A stretch of DNA of 64,000 nucleotides. Origin: Candidatus Eiseniibacteriota bacterium. GTDB taxonomy: Bacteria > Eisenbacteria > RBG-16-71-46. The notes below the pieces were generated by a model. It searched no databases, had not been told where the DNA came from, and was given only the letters and a program-made list of their open reading frames with translations. A program made the position numbers and the translations under genes. Below, one piece after another: positions 1 to 10,822 of this stretch. The stretch lies in contig CAVZLN010000008.1 of the NCBI GenBank assembly GCA_963776245.1, positions 1-64,000 on the forward strand. Direction: 5' to 3'. How positions within the stretch are numbered: position 1 is the stretch's first letter; every line of letters starts with the position of its first letter.

Positions 1-2447
1 GGCGACAGCTGGGCATGAATATCAACGAGAGCCAACAGGCCCAGCTCGAGGCGTTGCTGCGCGTACCCGAGGGTGCGCACCAGTCTCCGCTCGATGCGCT
101 GCGTACCGGACCGGTTCTGATCAGTGGCCCGTCACTGGTGCGTTCACTCCGTCGCTTACAATCTGTACGCCACCTCGGCATTGCGATTCCGGCCACCGTG
201 CTGGTCCCGACCAGTCGGATCGCCACGCTCGCGCGCTTTGCCGACAAGGCCAAAGTGTCCGCCGTGTTGCGCCTGCCCGAGGCGCGTCGATTGGCCACCC
301 TGGTCGCGTTCATGCATACCCTGGAGGCCTCGGCTCAAGACGATGCCATCGAACTGCTCGAAATGCTGCTGAACGAGGTGTTTGGCGAGGCGGAGAAAGA
401 GGACAGACGCGGCTGCGAACCCTCAAGGACCTGGACGCGCTCGCCATCACGCTGGCCGATGCATGCAAGCTGGTGGTGGATCCAGCGTTGCCCGATGAGC
501 GTGTGCGCATCGCAGTGTATGCGCAAATCCCACGCGATGCGCTGATCCGAGCAATCCATGACATCGGCGAACTCGTGCGACCTCCCGATGACGTGTTCTA
601 CAAGGCGCTGCAGAGCCAGTACCGGCGCGTGCGCCGGTCCCGGCGCTGCTGGAGCACATTCGATTCTCATCGGGACCGGCGGAAGCCGATTTGCTCGCGG
701 GACTCGATTACCTGCGCCACAACGCGGCACCGACACGCGACACACAGCACGCGCCGATGGGGGTCGTGCCACCCAAGTGGCGGTGCCACGTCGGCCAGGG
801 TCACGGCGTCATGGACGCAGCGTGCCTACACGTTCTGTGTGCTGGATCAGCTGCGCACCGCCCTACGACGCCGGGAGGTCTTCGTCAGTCCCAGTTGGCG
901 CTACGCCGATCCGCGCCGCGCCTTGCTGTCAGGCACCGAGTGGCAGTCGACCCGGCCGATGATCTGTCGCACCTTGGGGCTCACACCGAACCCCGAGCCG
1001 GTTATCGCGGCCCTGACGGCGGAATTGGATGACACGTATCGCGCGGTGGTCGCACGTCTGCCCCACAACCCGGCGGTACGCTTCGAGCGCATCGACGACA
1101 AGAACAGGTGATGCTCACCGGACTCGACAAGCTGGACGAGCCTGTCTCGCTTCTGGCGCTGCGGGCGGCCGTCGCGGCGCGTTTACCGCGAGTTGAGCTG
1201 CCCGAGATCATTCTAGAAATCGCGGCACGCGCGCAGTGTGCCGGGGCCTTTACCCATGTCAGTGAGCGCACCGCGCGCGCGGCGGATCTGGACCTGAGTC
1301 TCTGTGCGGTCTTGCTGGCCGAAGCCTGCAATACCGGCCTGGTGCCCCTCGTCCGAAGCGATATTCCAGCCCTGTGTGCCGATCGGCTCTCCTGGGTCAA
1401 TCAGAACTATGTGCGTGATGAGACGCTGATGGCGGCCAACGCACGGCTGGTCGCTGCACAAAATGACATTCCCTTGGCCCACGCCTGGGGTGGCGGCGCG
1501 GTGGCTTCCGCCGATGGCATCCGGTTTGTGGTGCCCGTCAAACCATCCACGCCGCCCCCAACCCGAAGTACTTCGGCATCGGCCGCGGTGTCACGTACTA
1601 CAACCTGGTGTCCGATCAGTTCACAGGACTCCATGGCATCACGGTGCCCGGCACGCTGCGTGATAGTCTCTTGCTGCTGGCTCTGATCCTGGACCAGCAG
1701 ACAGAACTCCAGCCCACCCAGATCATGACCGATACCGGCGCCTATGCGGATGTGGTCTTCGGCTTGTTCCGTTTACTTGGGTTTCGGTTCTGCCCGCGCT
1801 TGGCGGACATGGGTGGCACGCGCTTCTGGCGCATCGATCCCCATGCCGACTATGGCCTGCTTAATGATATTTCCAGGCATCGAGTCCATCTCGCGCGCAT
1901 CAACGAGAACTGGGACGATATGCTGCGCCTCGCGGGCTCCCTGAAACTAGGCCGCGTCCCCGCAACCGGCATCATGCGCACGCTTCAGGTGGGCGAGCGA
2001 GCCACCCGCCTGGCCCAGGGCATCGCGGAGTTGGGTCGCATCGACAAGACTCTCCATACGTTGAGCTTCATTGATGATGACTCCAAACGCCGCCGCACGC
2101 TCGTGCAGCTCAATCGGGGCGAAGGCCGACATGGCCTGAGTCGCGTCGTGTTCCATGGTCAGCGCGGTGAACTGCGCCAGCACTATCGCGAAGGCCAGGA
2201 AGATCAGCTCGGAGCACTCGGGCTGGTGGTCAACATGATCGTGTTGTGGAACACGCTCTACATGCAGGCCGCGATCGATCAACTGCGTGCGGGGGGATTC
2301 CCGGTGCTGGACGCGGACATTGCGCACTTGAGCCCGCATGGACACGCGCACATTAATATGCTGGGCCGGTACTCCTTCGCCGTTCCAGAATCAGTCGCCC
2401 GAGGCGAGCTCCGGCCCCTCAGAAACCCGGCCAACGATGGTCCTTAA
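1..2447 (+). CDS. tnpA: Tn3-family transposase, 5'-truncated by window edge; split by several single-base frameshifts (~410, ~640-830, ~1108, ~1540)
   Basis: Consecutive ORFs 15-545, 473-1111, 1108-1686 and 1608-2447 carry TnpA motifs: YTFCVLDQL..SWRYADP, SADG(I)RF, TDTGAY, LNRGE, HINMLGRYSF. Confidence 0.92.
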
Positions 2448-2480
2448 CCCGGTTTTCTGTTCCATTGCGCCCCAAACCCC
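2443..2480 (-). repeat. 38-bp Tn3-family terminal inverted repeat (IRR)
   Basis: Reverse complement GGGGTTTGGGGCGCAATGGAACAGAAAACCGGGTTAAG: GGGG start, TAAG inner end, 38 bp. The tnpA TAA stop (2445-2447) lies inside it. Confidence 0.92.
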
Positions 2481-2516
2481 ATAATGAAGCACAATACACA
2501 AGCCAGGAGCGGCGTC

Positions 2517-2764
2517 TGTGCATAACTCGATCGTGAACAGCGCCTCCCAGTGCTGAAATTTTCATATGGTGAAGCCTACGTCGCAACGCATCGTTCTAGG
2601 AATTGATCTTTCTACTGGGTGTAACCCCTAGGCACCCCCATATCTTGTGGTGCAGAATATCGATTTCACCCAATGCTTAATTTTTGGGCAACGACGGTCT
2701 GGACGTACGGAAATTCGGGGCTATTGGACTGGCATGATGATCTTATTCACAGGCTTTGTCCACA
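2517..2764. promoter_or_regulatory. Cluster of DnaA-box-like 9-mers and one NrdR-box-like 16-mer
   Basis: TGTGCATAA 2517-2525 (=TTATGCACA), TTATTCACA 2743-2751, TTGTCCACA 2756-2764; CCCCCATATCTTGTGG 2635-2650. Confidence 0.4.
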
Positions 2765-2940
2765 GAGACTGGGGAGAGGGGTTGTGAAACTTTTTCTTGA
2801 TCTTTCTGCAAATATTTCTCGCGGACGGCTGTCGGCTTATGGTAACGGACAACTCCCCACTCGCCGATAGTGGTCGGTTCTCCAGCCGCACCCTATTAGC
2901 ATAACGCGCCACCCTGGATAAGAGACATCGATCACACAGA

Positions 2941-2971
2941 GAAAACAAGGGGCCCCTATTTCAGGGCCCCT
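2941..2971 (-). terminator. Putative intrinsic terminator for the minus-strand small gene
   Basis: Stem AGGGGCCC(2948-2955)/GGGCCCCT(2964-2971) followed on the minus strand by TGTTTTC. Confidence 0.5.
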
Positions 2972-3017
2972 CTGCGGTCATCGGCTCATACTCGTCGCGA
3001 AATTTATCGAAATCTGC

Positions 3018-3309
3018 TTAAGGGAGTGACCGCATCCGCAGCACGTGGTTCTGAGCGCTGACTTCCGCCTCGACATGATCACCCTGCTTGAGCTGTCCCA
3101 TCATCTGCGTAGTTTTATCAGCGTGCACGCGCACTTCCCTGCCGTCCTTCTCCTTGACGACATAGTACGCATATTCGATGCGCATTACGTCGCCCTTGAT
3201 TGTCCTGTGGTGAGTCAGGTCATTCGGGGCCTGCGCGGCAGCATGGGACACATTCATGAGCAGGACCAGTACCACACAGGACGCTGCTGATTTGGGGATT
3301 TGATATCAT
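3018..3309 (-). CDS. Small secreted OB-fold-like protein of a type I recall from Nitrospira (one 1-nt insertion near 5' end)
   Basis: AAGGAGG RBS before ATG 3309. Removing one A from TCAAATCCCC gives MISIPKSAASCVVLVLLMNVSHAAAQ, joining ORF 3018-3275 (IKGDVMRIE..KDGREVRVHADKTTQM..GDHVEAEV..NHVL). Confidence 0.7.
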
Positions 3310-3550
3310 GGGACCTCCTTGAGTTAGTGGTGCATGCCGTTCAAACCACGATACGTGCGCACTGTCGAATCCTCGTTCATGTATTAGTTCTCTGTAACTT
3401 GCCCATGCCAGGGCCAAGAGTCCAAGTGAAACGATGTACTGCGAACCATTGAACAACACGCGTCTATCATCGTCATGGTGTTTCTCCTTTCCAGAACAGT
3501 ATTGATCCTCAAAAGGATGAGTTGTATTGTGCTGCTAGCGACCAAACACA

Positions 3551-3565
3551 GCACGGGACGTGCCA
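3551..3565 (-). promoter_or_regulatory. sigma54-like -24/-12 promoter
   Basis: TGGCAC-GTCCC-GTGC (GG-N10-GC) upstream of minus-strand small ORFs. Confidence 0.5.
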
Positions 3566-3684
3566 CGCAAATTCCTTTCCATTGCTGGATCTTAACCCGT
3601 TGAAATGTTGGCTCTGCCTCCCTCCCCTTGCAAGTCCAAGTAAAAGAAATCCCTCAGGTGGCCGCGACCGATCGCGGTTATCAC

Positions 3685-5736
3685 CGCGAGCGCCTGCTCC
3701 AGCAGCGCTCGCGCTCCGGCGAAGTCGCCGCCCTCCCAGGTCACGCGCGCGACCTCCTCTAGGGCGCCGGCGGACGCCGCCTTCCGTTGCGGATCGCCGA
3801 AGCGCTCGAGCGCCCACGCCTCCCGCCACTCGGTGAGCGAGGCGGCGTCGCGCGCGAGCAGGGAATCGAGCCGTCCGTCATCGAGCACGAGGGTCCGGCG
3901 TTCGCCCGGAGGCACGACGGGCTCGTAGCGGGCCTGCGAGGCGCTGACATCCACCAGCGAGAGCTGCCCGCGCGCGTTCCAGCCCGCCCACGCTTCGGCT
4001 CCCCGGCGCCACGCCTCGGTGAACCCCTGCCCCACGCGCGTGGTCTCGATCGGGATCCACACCTCCTCGTCCGCCACCACGCTGAGTCCCTCGTCCACCC
4101 GCAGCGCCATCCGCCGGCGCTCGTGGAGTCCGGTGTCGATCAGCAGGAACACATGGCCGGGCGCATCCACGACCTGCGTGGCGATCCCCACGTTGGCGCA
4201 CAGCGCGGCCAGCAGGACGGTGGTGTCGTCGCAGTCGCCGGTGCGGGTTTCGAGGGTCTGGAACGGGTAGCGGATCGAATCCACCGCCTCGGCGGAGCGC
4301 GAGATCGCGTCGAAGGGATTGTTGGGATCGGGCACGTAGACCACGCCGAGCTGTTCGAGCGCGTCCACCAGTGCGGCGACGAACGCGAGATTGCGATTGC
4401 CGTACGCCTCGCGGGAATGCAGTCCGGCGACGCGGGTGGCCTCGCGCGCCAGCGCGTCCACCGCCGGATCGAGCGGCGTGACGAACGCGGCGATCTGCTC
4501 GACTCCGCGGCCCCAGCGGATCGCGCCGGGCGCGTAGGCCACGGTGCGGGCGGAGGCCCGCTCGCGCCGCACCAGCTGACGACTCGGATAGCTGCGCGGT
4601 GATCTCGACCTGCACCGAGCGGTCGCCACGCTGGGTGAGCACGCACTCCGGCAGCACGGCGGTGAGCGCCACCTCCTGCACCGCCTTGGGCCTGAGGAGC
4701 ACATCCTGCTCCGAGGGCGCGTCCATCAGACCCTCGATCCGCACGCCGAGCCGCGCCTGGATCGGCCGGTCCTGCAGGTTGCGCACCCGCACCGAGCCCA
4801 GCGGCTCGTGCAAGTAGCTGCGGTAGAGCGAGGTGTAGAGCGGCTGGGCCTCGACCTTCTCGAGCCTCACCTGCGCCGGGCTGAATTGAACTCGAGCGAC
4901 ACGGCGAGGTGATCGGTGGACTCCAGCACCGGGTGCTCGACGCGCGCCCAGTCCAGCCGCACCGTACGGCGCGCAGGCCGAGCCCGTAGCTCCAGGTCGG
5001 CCGCTCGCCGCCGCGCAGGTCGTCCTGGGCGCCGCACCTCAGCGCCAGCACCTGCAGCGGCGTGGCCTCGAGCCCGAGATGCCAGCGATCGTCCAGATCG
5101 AAGCTCGCGGTGCCGCGGCGGCCCGGCGTCGAAGCGCGCCCTCACCGCTCGCGGGAAGATGACCTCGCTGATCCCGTCCGCGTCCCGCACGCGCGTGCCG
5201 AGCAGGTCCTGCACCACGAGACCGAGGCGGAAGCGCTCGGCCGGCACCAACAGCGCGCCGAGGTCGAGGCCCAGCCCCTGCCCCTGCCGGACCGTCACGC
5301 CATCCAGCCCGACGTCGCGTGTCACCAGCTTGCCGGTCGCGCCGAGCTGCAGCCACTCGGACATCAGCACGCCCGCCGAGAGGTCCACCTGGTTCTCGCC
5401 GAAGGCCAGCTCACCGTCGTCGTAGCCCGAGTCGGTCCAGGAGAACGCAGCGGCCCGGTTGGCCGCGAATGGGATCGCGAGGGCGGAGAAGTTGTCGCGG
5501 ATCCCGGTCTTGAACAGGTTGGCGTGCGTGAAGGCCATCTCCTGATGCTCGATCCGCGCCAGCCCGGCCGGATTCCAGAAGGTCGCAGACGCGTCGACCA
5601 CGAGCGAGGTGTACGCGCCCCCCAGCGCGAGCGCCCGCGGCCCGATCGGGACCTGCTGCGCGGTCTCGGCTGCGGCCACGCCGGCCACGATCATCGCGAG
5701 CAGTACCACGCTCCGAAACACCACCCGCGCGCTCAT
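3685..5736 (-). CDS. PorV/PorQ-family beta-barrel fused to transglutaminase-like domain and start of a TPR; frameshifted, 3'-truncated at the compositional junction
   Basis: Signal peptide then IGPRALALGGAY..DASATFWNPAGL (PorV-type N-terminus). Later YPFQTLETRTGDCDDTTVL..PGHVFL..WIPIETT (Cys-His-acid triad) and GDFAGARALLEQALA (TPR). Pieces in ORFs 4867-5736, 4140-5051, 3878-4870, 3592-4704. Confidence 0.75.
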
Positions 5737-8700
5737 CGCACCACCGCCAGCGGGCGCGACTGCAGCTCACCCAGCGCTTCCACCGCGACGATGTAGAGCC
5801 CCGGGCTCGACTATGGATCCCTCCCGGTCGCGGCCGTCCCATCGCACCAGGTTGGCCCCGGGCCCCAGCGTCTGGCCCGGGAGCACCTCGCGCACCAGGC
5901 GGCCCGCGCGGGTGTACACCTTCACCGTCACCGAGCCGGCGCGGCCGAGGTCGAACCCGATCGCCACCGCTCCGGTCGCGTACGTGCCTCGCGGCGAGAA
6001 CACGCGCGGCGTCATCGAGAGGTTCGCAAGCCTGACCGACCCGTTCGCGGCCGCGGCCTCGGCGTAGAGCGCGTAGCGGCCATCCGCCGCGACTGCCAGC
6101 GAGATCCGCCGGGTCTCGGCGACCGCGGTGCCCCCGAGGCGGCGCCACAGCGAGTCGCTCCCCACCATGTAGAGCGCCAGGCTGCTGCCCGGTGGCACGT
6201 CGCTCCCGGCATACGACATGTCCAATGTGACGGGCTTGCGCAGCCCCGCGCCGCCGCAGTCGAGCCGGTAGCCCGGGTGCACGAGTTCCGCGCCACCCGC
6301 CTGGGTCGTCGGCACATCCCCAGCGCCCAGTGCCGCCAGCGTGATGAGCGCGTCCTCCGCCAATCCGTGCGGGGGCACGTACACGTGCGCTTCCGCATTG
6401 GTGGTGTACACGTCGCCGCCGGCTTCCGCGGTCACCCGTGCCGGCGAGGTCACGCTCGCCCATGGCGCCTGATTGTCCACGATAACGGTGACCTGGGTGA
6501 GCCCCGTCAGCTCGAGCGAGTCCGGTGACCGCGAGACGCACCTCGTACCTTCCGTCGGGCGAAGCGGAGGTGTCCCAGGAACCGAGCAGTCCGTTCACGA
6601 CTGCCGTGGCCGACTGGGCCAGCAGCGTGGCGTGCGGCGGATCCCACGAGGGCGCTCCTCGGCGCGCACCTCGAGTCGATAGCCGACGAAGCGAGGATCG
6701 CTGGCCGTGCCGCGCACCTCGACGCGCCCGCGGACCGGCTGGCCGAACGCCGGCGCGGCGATCACCGGGGCGGGAGGCTCGGCGTCCACCTCGAACGCGG
6801 CGCGCGCGGGCGTCTGTTCCAGGTTGAGCACGTAGTCGCGTGCGCGCGCCTCGAACACGTGAGGCCCCGGAGCGAGCGAGGTCAGGAACGCGCTGCCGGC
6901 CCGGGACCATTCGGACCACGGCCCGGCGTCGAGGCGCGAAGCGAACTCGATGCCCCGGCTGTCGCCGAACGCGGCGACGAACACCATCCCAAAATCCCTC
7001 GCCGCGGTCACGCGTGGCGGCACGCTCAGGAACACGGTGTGAGGTGGGACGCGATCGGGTTCGTAGCGCGTCACGCGCTGATAGCCCCCGAACCAGAGGC
7101 TACCCAGCCGGTCCTCGAGAATGGTCGTGACGACGCTGCCCGAGAGTCCGTCGCTGGCCGTGAGCGTTCTCCACGTCTCTCCGTCGTAGAAGGTCGCGCC
7201 GCGATCGCTGCCGAACCAGAGGTACCCGGCGCTGTCTTCGAAGATGGACGTCACTCGGTTGTCCGCCAGCCCGTCGGCGATCGTGAGGGTCCTCCAGGTC
7301 GTCCCGTCGTAGCGGCGCACCCCCTGATCGGTCCCGAACCAGAGGTTACTCGCGCGGTCCTCGCGGATGCAGTTCACGTAGACGTCCGTGACGCCGGCGG
7401 CTGCCGTGAAGGACCGCCACGTCACTCCGTCGTACCGGCTGATCCCGTTGCCAGCGAACCAGAGGTTGCCCCCGCGGTCCTCGAGCATGGCGACCACGAA
7501 GTCGAGAGCCAACCCGTCGGCCGCCGAGAAGGTCTTCCACGTGAGCCCGTCGTACCGACTCACGACCCGCCGCGTGGTGTCGACGGCGCTGGTGCCGACC
7601 CAGAGGTTCCCCAAGCGATCCTCGAGGATCGCATGGACATCGTCGTTCGAGAGCCCATCGGCGGTCGTGAAGGTCCGCCACGTGGTCCCGGCATAGCGGG
7701 TCAGGCCGGTCGCGGTCCCGAACCAGAGGTTCCTCGAACGATCCTCCAGCAGGGCATTCAGGTGGTTGCTGGCCAGCCCGTCGATGGTCGTGAAGGTCCG
7801 CCACGACGCTCCGTCGTAGCGGTTCACGCCCGCGCCGTAGGTCGCGAACCAGAGGTTTCCGAGGTGGTCCTCGAGGCTGGCGCGCACGTAGTCGCCCACC
7901 ACCCCGTCGGCGGCCGTGAAGGTCTTCCAGGCCGCCCCGTCATACCGGCTCACGCCCTCGTGTTCGGACTGGAACCACAGGTTCCCCGACGGGTCCTGGA
8001 GCACGTGGGGCACCGTCTTCCCGGCAAACCCGTCGGCCAGGGTGAATGTCCTCCACCTCGCCCCGTCATACCGGTTGATGCCCGCGAACGTCCCGAACCA
8101 GAGGAGGCCCGAGCGATCCTCGAAGATGGAGAACACTCGATCGTCGACCAGCCCATCCGCGGTGGTGAAGGTCCGCCAGGTCGCCCCGTCGTAGCGCGCC
8201 ACTCCGCCATAGCTCCCGAACCAGAGGTTACCGGCGCGGTCCTCGAAGCCACAGTTCACGCTGTTGCCCGAGGGCCCGACGCCGGTCGGGAAGGTCTGCC
8301 ACACCGCGCCGTCGTAGCGGACCGCGCCGGCCCCCGAGGAGCCGAACCAGAGGTTCCCCGCGCGGTCCTCGAGGATGTTGCTCATCGGAAGGGCGGGGAG
8401 CCCGTCGGCGGTCGTGAAGGTGCGCCACGTGGTCCCGTCGAAGCGCTTCACGCCGGCATAGGTGCCGAACCAGAGGTTCCCCGCGCGGTCCTCGAGGACG
8501 CACCGGATGTTGTTGCTCGATGGCCCATCCGGGGTCGTGAAGGTCTGCCAGGTCGTCCCGTCGAAGCGGCTGATCCCCCACGAGGTGGCGAACCAGAGGT
8601 TCCCGGCGCGGTCCTCGAGGATGGCGGCCACCGAGTTCCCGGCCAGCCCGTCGGCGAAGGTGAAGGTCTTCCACGTCCCTCCATCGTAGCGGCTCACTCC

Positions 8701-9036
8701 CCCGCCAGTGGTCCAGCTCCAGATGTTGCCCGAGCGGTCGACGAGGGCGACGTTCGAGGGCTGGCTCGGCAGCCCGTCGGCGGTGGTGAAGGAAGTCCAC
8801 GTCACACCGTCGTAGCGGCTCACACCCGCGTCGGTCCCGAACCAGAGGTTCCCCGCGCGGTCCCCGAGCATGGAGGAGACGTAGTTGCTGTAGGCAAGGC
8901 CGTCGACGCTGGTGAATGTCTGCCACCCGCACCAGCCGTCTCGCGCCATGCCACCGGAGAGCGCGAGGACGGCCAACGTGGAAGCGATGAGCTTCCGCAC
9001 GGCCCCACCCGGCCCGCCTCGAAACGCGGTTCTCAT
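5733..9036 (-). CDS. Secreted two-component-regulator-type beta-propeller repeat protein with Ig-like and FlgD-type C-terminal domains (start may be GTG 9000; frameshifts ~6640, ~6525, ~5798)
   Basis: 15 repeats of WRTFTTADGL..V..ILEDRAGNLWF..G..RYDG. C-terminus VKVYTRAGRLVREV..VRWDGRD..PGLYIV..LAVVR*, whose TGA overlaps the PorV ATG. Confidence 0.8.
7060..8925 (-). repeat. Intragenic tandem degenerate repeats (~126-130 bp, 15 units) encoding propeller blades
   Basis: Recurrent CCGAACCAGAGG-like and CCGTCGTAGCG-like motifs on the plus strand. Confidence 0.85.
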
Positions 9037-9401
9037 CCCGATGTTCCCCCTGGCCGCGGGACGGCCACCGGGCTCGCCCTAGCGAGCGAGCGGCATCGCG
9101 CGCAGGGCATATCGGGCGCCAGTGAGGTTCGACAGGTGAGGTGAGCGAGCGAGGGAACGCTGTCCCGTGAACATCGGTCGGCCTGCCGGTATCCAGTCGC
9201 TTGCATGTCTCCGTCAGTGAGAAGGACGGAGATGGGACGCACGCGTTGGTGGCGAAATGCGGCGCCCGACTCCTCCGGAACGTGCCCGGATGGCCGGGGC
9301 CCGCCTCGCGTCAGTGGGGAATATGGACCGCGGTCGGTGGCTCGACCAGCGAAAACAGGCCCTGCGAGGCGTGCCCGGGGCGTCCTCTAGTTAGTAGAGG
9401 A

Positions 9402-10598
9402 TCAGTCGCGGCCCGGACGCTCGGCTGTCGCGACTCGCCCGTCCATCGCCCGGCCCAGCGGATGGACACCGCCGCCATGCAACAGGGTGTCGCCGGGGCG
9501 GAGCCTCCCGTGCACCACGAGACGGGAGGCCTGGTTCGAGCCGACACTTCCGAAGAAGTCCGAGACGTAGTGCGCGGTGAAGCCTCCCGGGCAGTCCGGA
9601 CAGTCCACCGCCGCGTACTGCTCGAGGCAATAGTCGAGCAGGCCGTCGTCGTCCCCGATCGCCGCGAGGGGCACGGCGATCTCGAAGGTGCGCGGGTGGA
9701 GCGTGAATCGCGATGTGCCCGTCATGGGGCCCCACCCCGACTCGTCCGGTGCGATCCAGCGCGTCACGAAGGATCCATCGGGGCGCACCTCGGATCCCTG
9801 GACGATGTAGTCGTAGCCCCGCCAGTAGCCGGTCGGCGCCTGATCGGTGTTGAGGAAGAGCTGCAGGGACCATCCACCCGGCTCTTCCGGGTCGTAGGAC
9901 GTCCGATACAGCGGATCGCGCGCCAGGAACTGCGCGCGCAGGTAGAGCGTGTCGCCCCGGACCTCGGTTCTGACGTTGATGATGGCCGGGACCTGCAGAG
10001 ACTCGTCCGGAAGCTCCTGATTCGTTCCGGCGATCGTCGCAGCAAGGACGTAGTCGTGCGCACCACCTCGGATCTCCGCCCGGTAGGTCCTGAGCACGTA
10101 GTCCATCCACCCGTCGTCATCCCCCAGCACGGCAGCCGGGACGCTGAAGCTCACCCGGCCGGGCTGGACCGAGACCGCGACCGACGCGACCTGGATCGAT
10201 CCGATGTCCGACTGGCGATAGACCGCGAGCTCGCCATCCGGCATGAGGATCAACTCGTAGTCGACTCCGCCGTGCCGGCCCGTCTCGCCGCGCTGATCGG
10301 TGTCGAGCGCCAGCTGGAACGCCCAGCTCGCGCCGGTCCGCGATGGGGTGTCGAGCGGCAGCCGCCCGGCCGCGACATCGTTCGAGAGCGACAGCTCGAA
10401 CCCGATGGCATCGCCATGGCGCGCGATCCGCACGCTCTGGACGGCAGGCGGCTCCGCGCCGTCCCCGGTGACGGGCGAGAGCGACGGTGCCACGGGCAGA
10501 TCGCGGCAGGAGGCCACGCTGAGCAGGGCGATCCCTGACAGGAGCACCAGAGCTGCTCTGGCGCTGAGTCCGCTCCGAACAGCCTGGTCGTTTTCCAT
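9402..10598 (-). CDS. Hypothetical lipoprotein with two tandem related beta-rich domains
   Basis: Lipobox-like VASC; internal repeat WAFQLALDTDQ..DY..VPAAVLGDDDGWMDY / WSLQLFLNTDQ..DY..VPLAAIGDDDGLLDY. Confidence 0.7.
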   Translation of the reverse strand: MENDQAVRSGLSARAALVLLSGIALLSVASCRDLPVAPSLSPVTGDGAEPPAVQSVRIARHGDAIGFELSLSNDVAAGRLPLDTPSRTGASWAFQLALDTDQRGETGRHGGVDYELILMPDGELAVYRQSDIGSIQVASVAVSVQPGRVSFSVPAAVLGDDDGWMDYVLRTYRAEIRGGAHDYVLAATIAGTNQELPDESLQVPAIINVRTEVRGDTLYLRAQFLARDPLYRTSYDPEEPGGWSLQLFLNTDQAPTGYWRGYDYIVQGSEVRPDGSFVTRWIAPDESGWGPMTGTSRFTLHPRTFEIAVPLAAIGDDDGLLDYCLEQYAAVDCPDCPGGFTAHYVSDFFGSVGSNQASRLVVHGRLRPGDTLLHGGGVHPLGRAMDGRVATAERPGRD

Positions 10599-10822
10599 CG
10601 GCCATTACTTCACGCAAGTGTCAGTCCAGTCGCTCGTGGCAGTCCCAGTTAGCGGCGAGTCGTTGCGATCACGGTGGTTCGCGAGACCCCCACTACATGC
10701 GGGCGGCACCGCACCGCGGCCGCGCTCCGCGGAACCGTCGTCCACACCGACACCCAGGTCGCGGTATGGTGGAGTCGACGGAGGTTCTGATCCCAAGCGA
10801 GCACGCCCGCAAGGAGGCACTC

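Larger units (their letters stand above)
1..2480 (+). mobile_element. Tn3-family transposon, right part (left end outside window)
   Basis: TnpA-like reading frames followed directly by a 38-bp Tn3-type terminal inverted repeat. Confidence 0.93.

Noticed and set aside
2673..2948. Short ORFs 2673-2870 and 2721-2948
   Set aside because: No RBS, motif or coding-like composition; the region looks regulatory
7060..8925. Regular repeats as a CRISPR array or DGR target
   Set aside because: Degenerate, in-frame protein repeats; no identical repeat/unique spacer pattern, no cas genes, no reverse transcriptase or TR/VR pair seen
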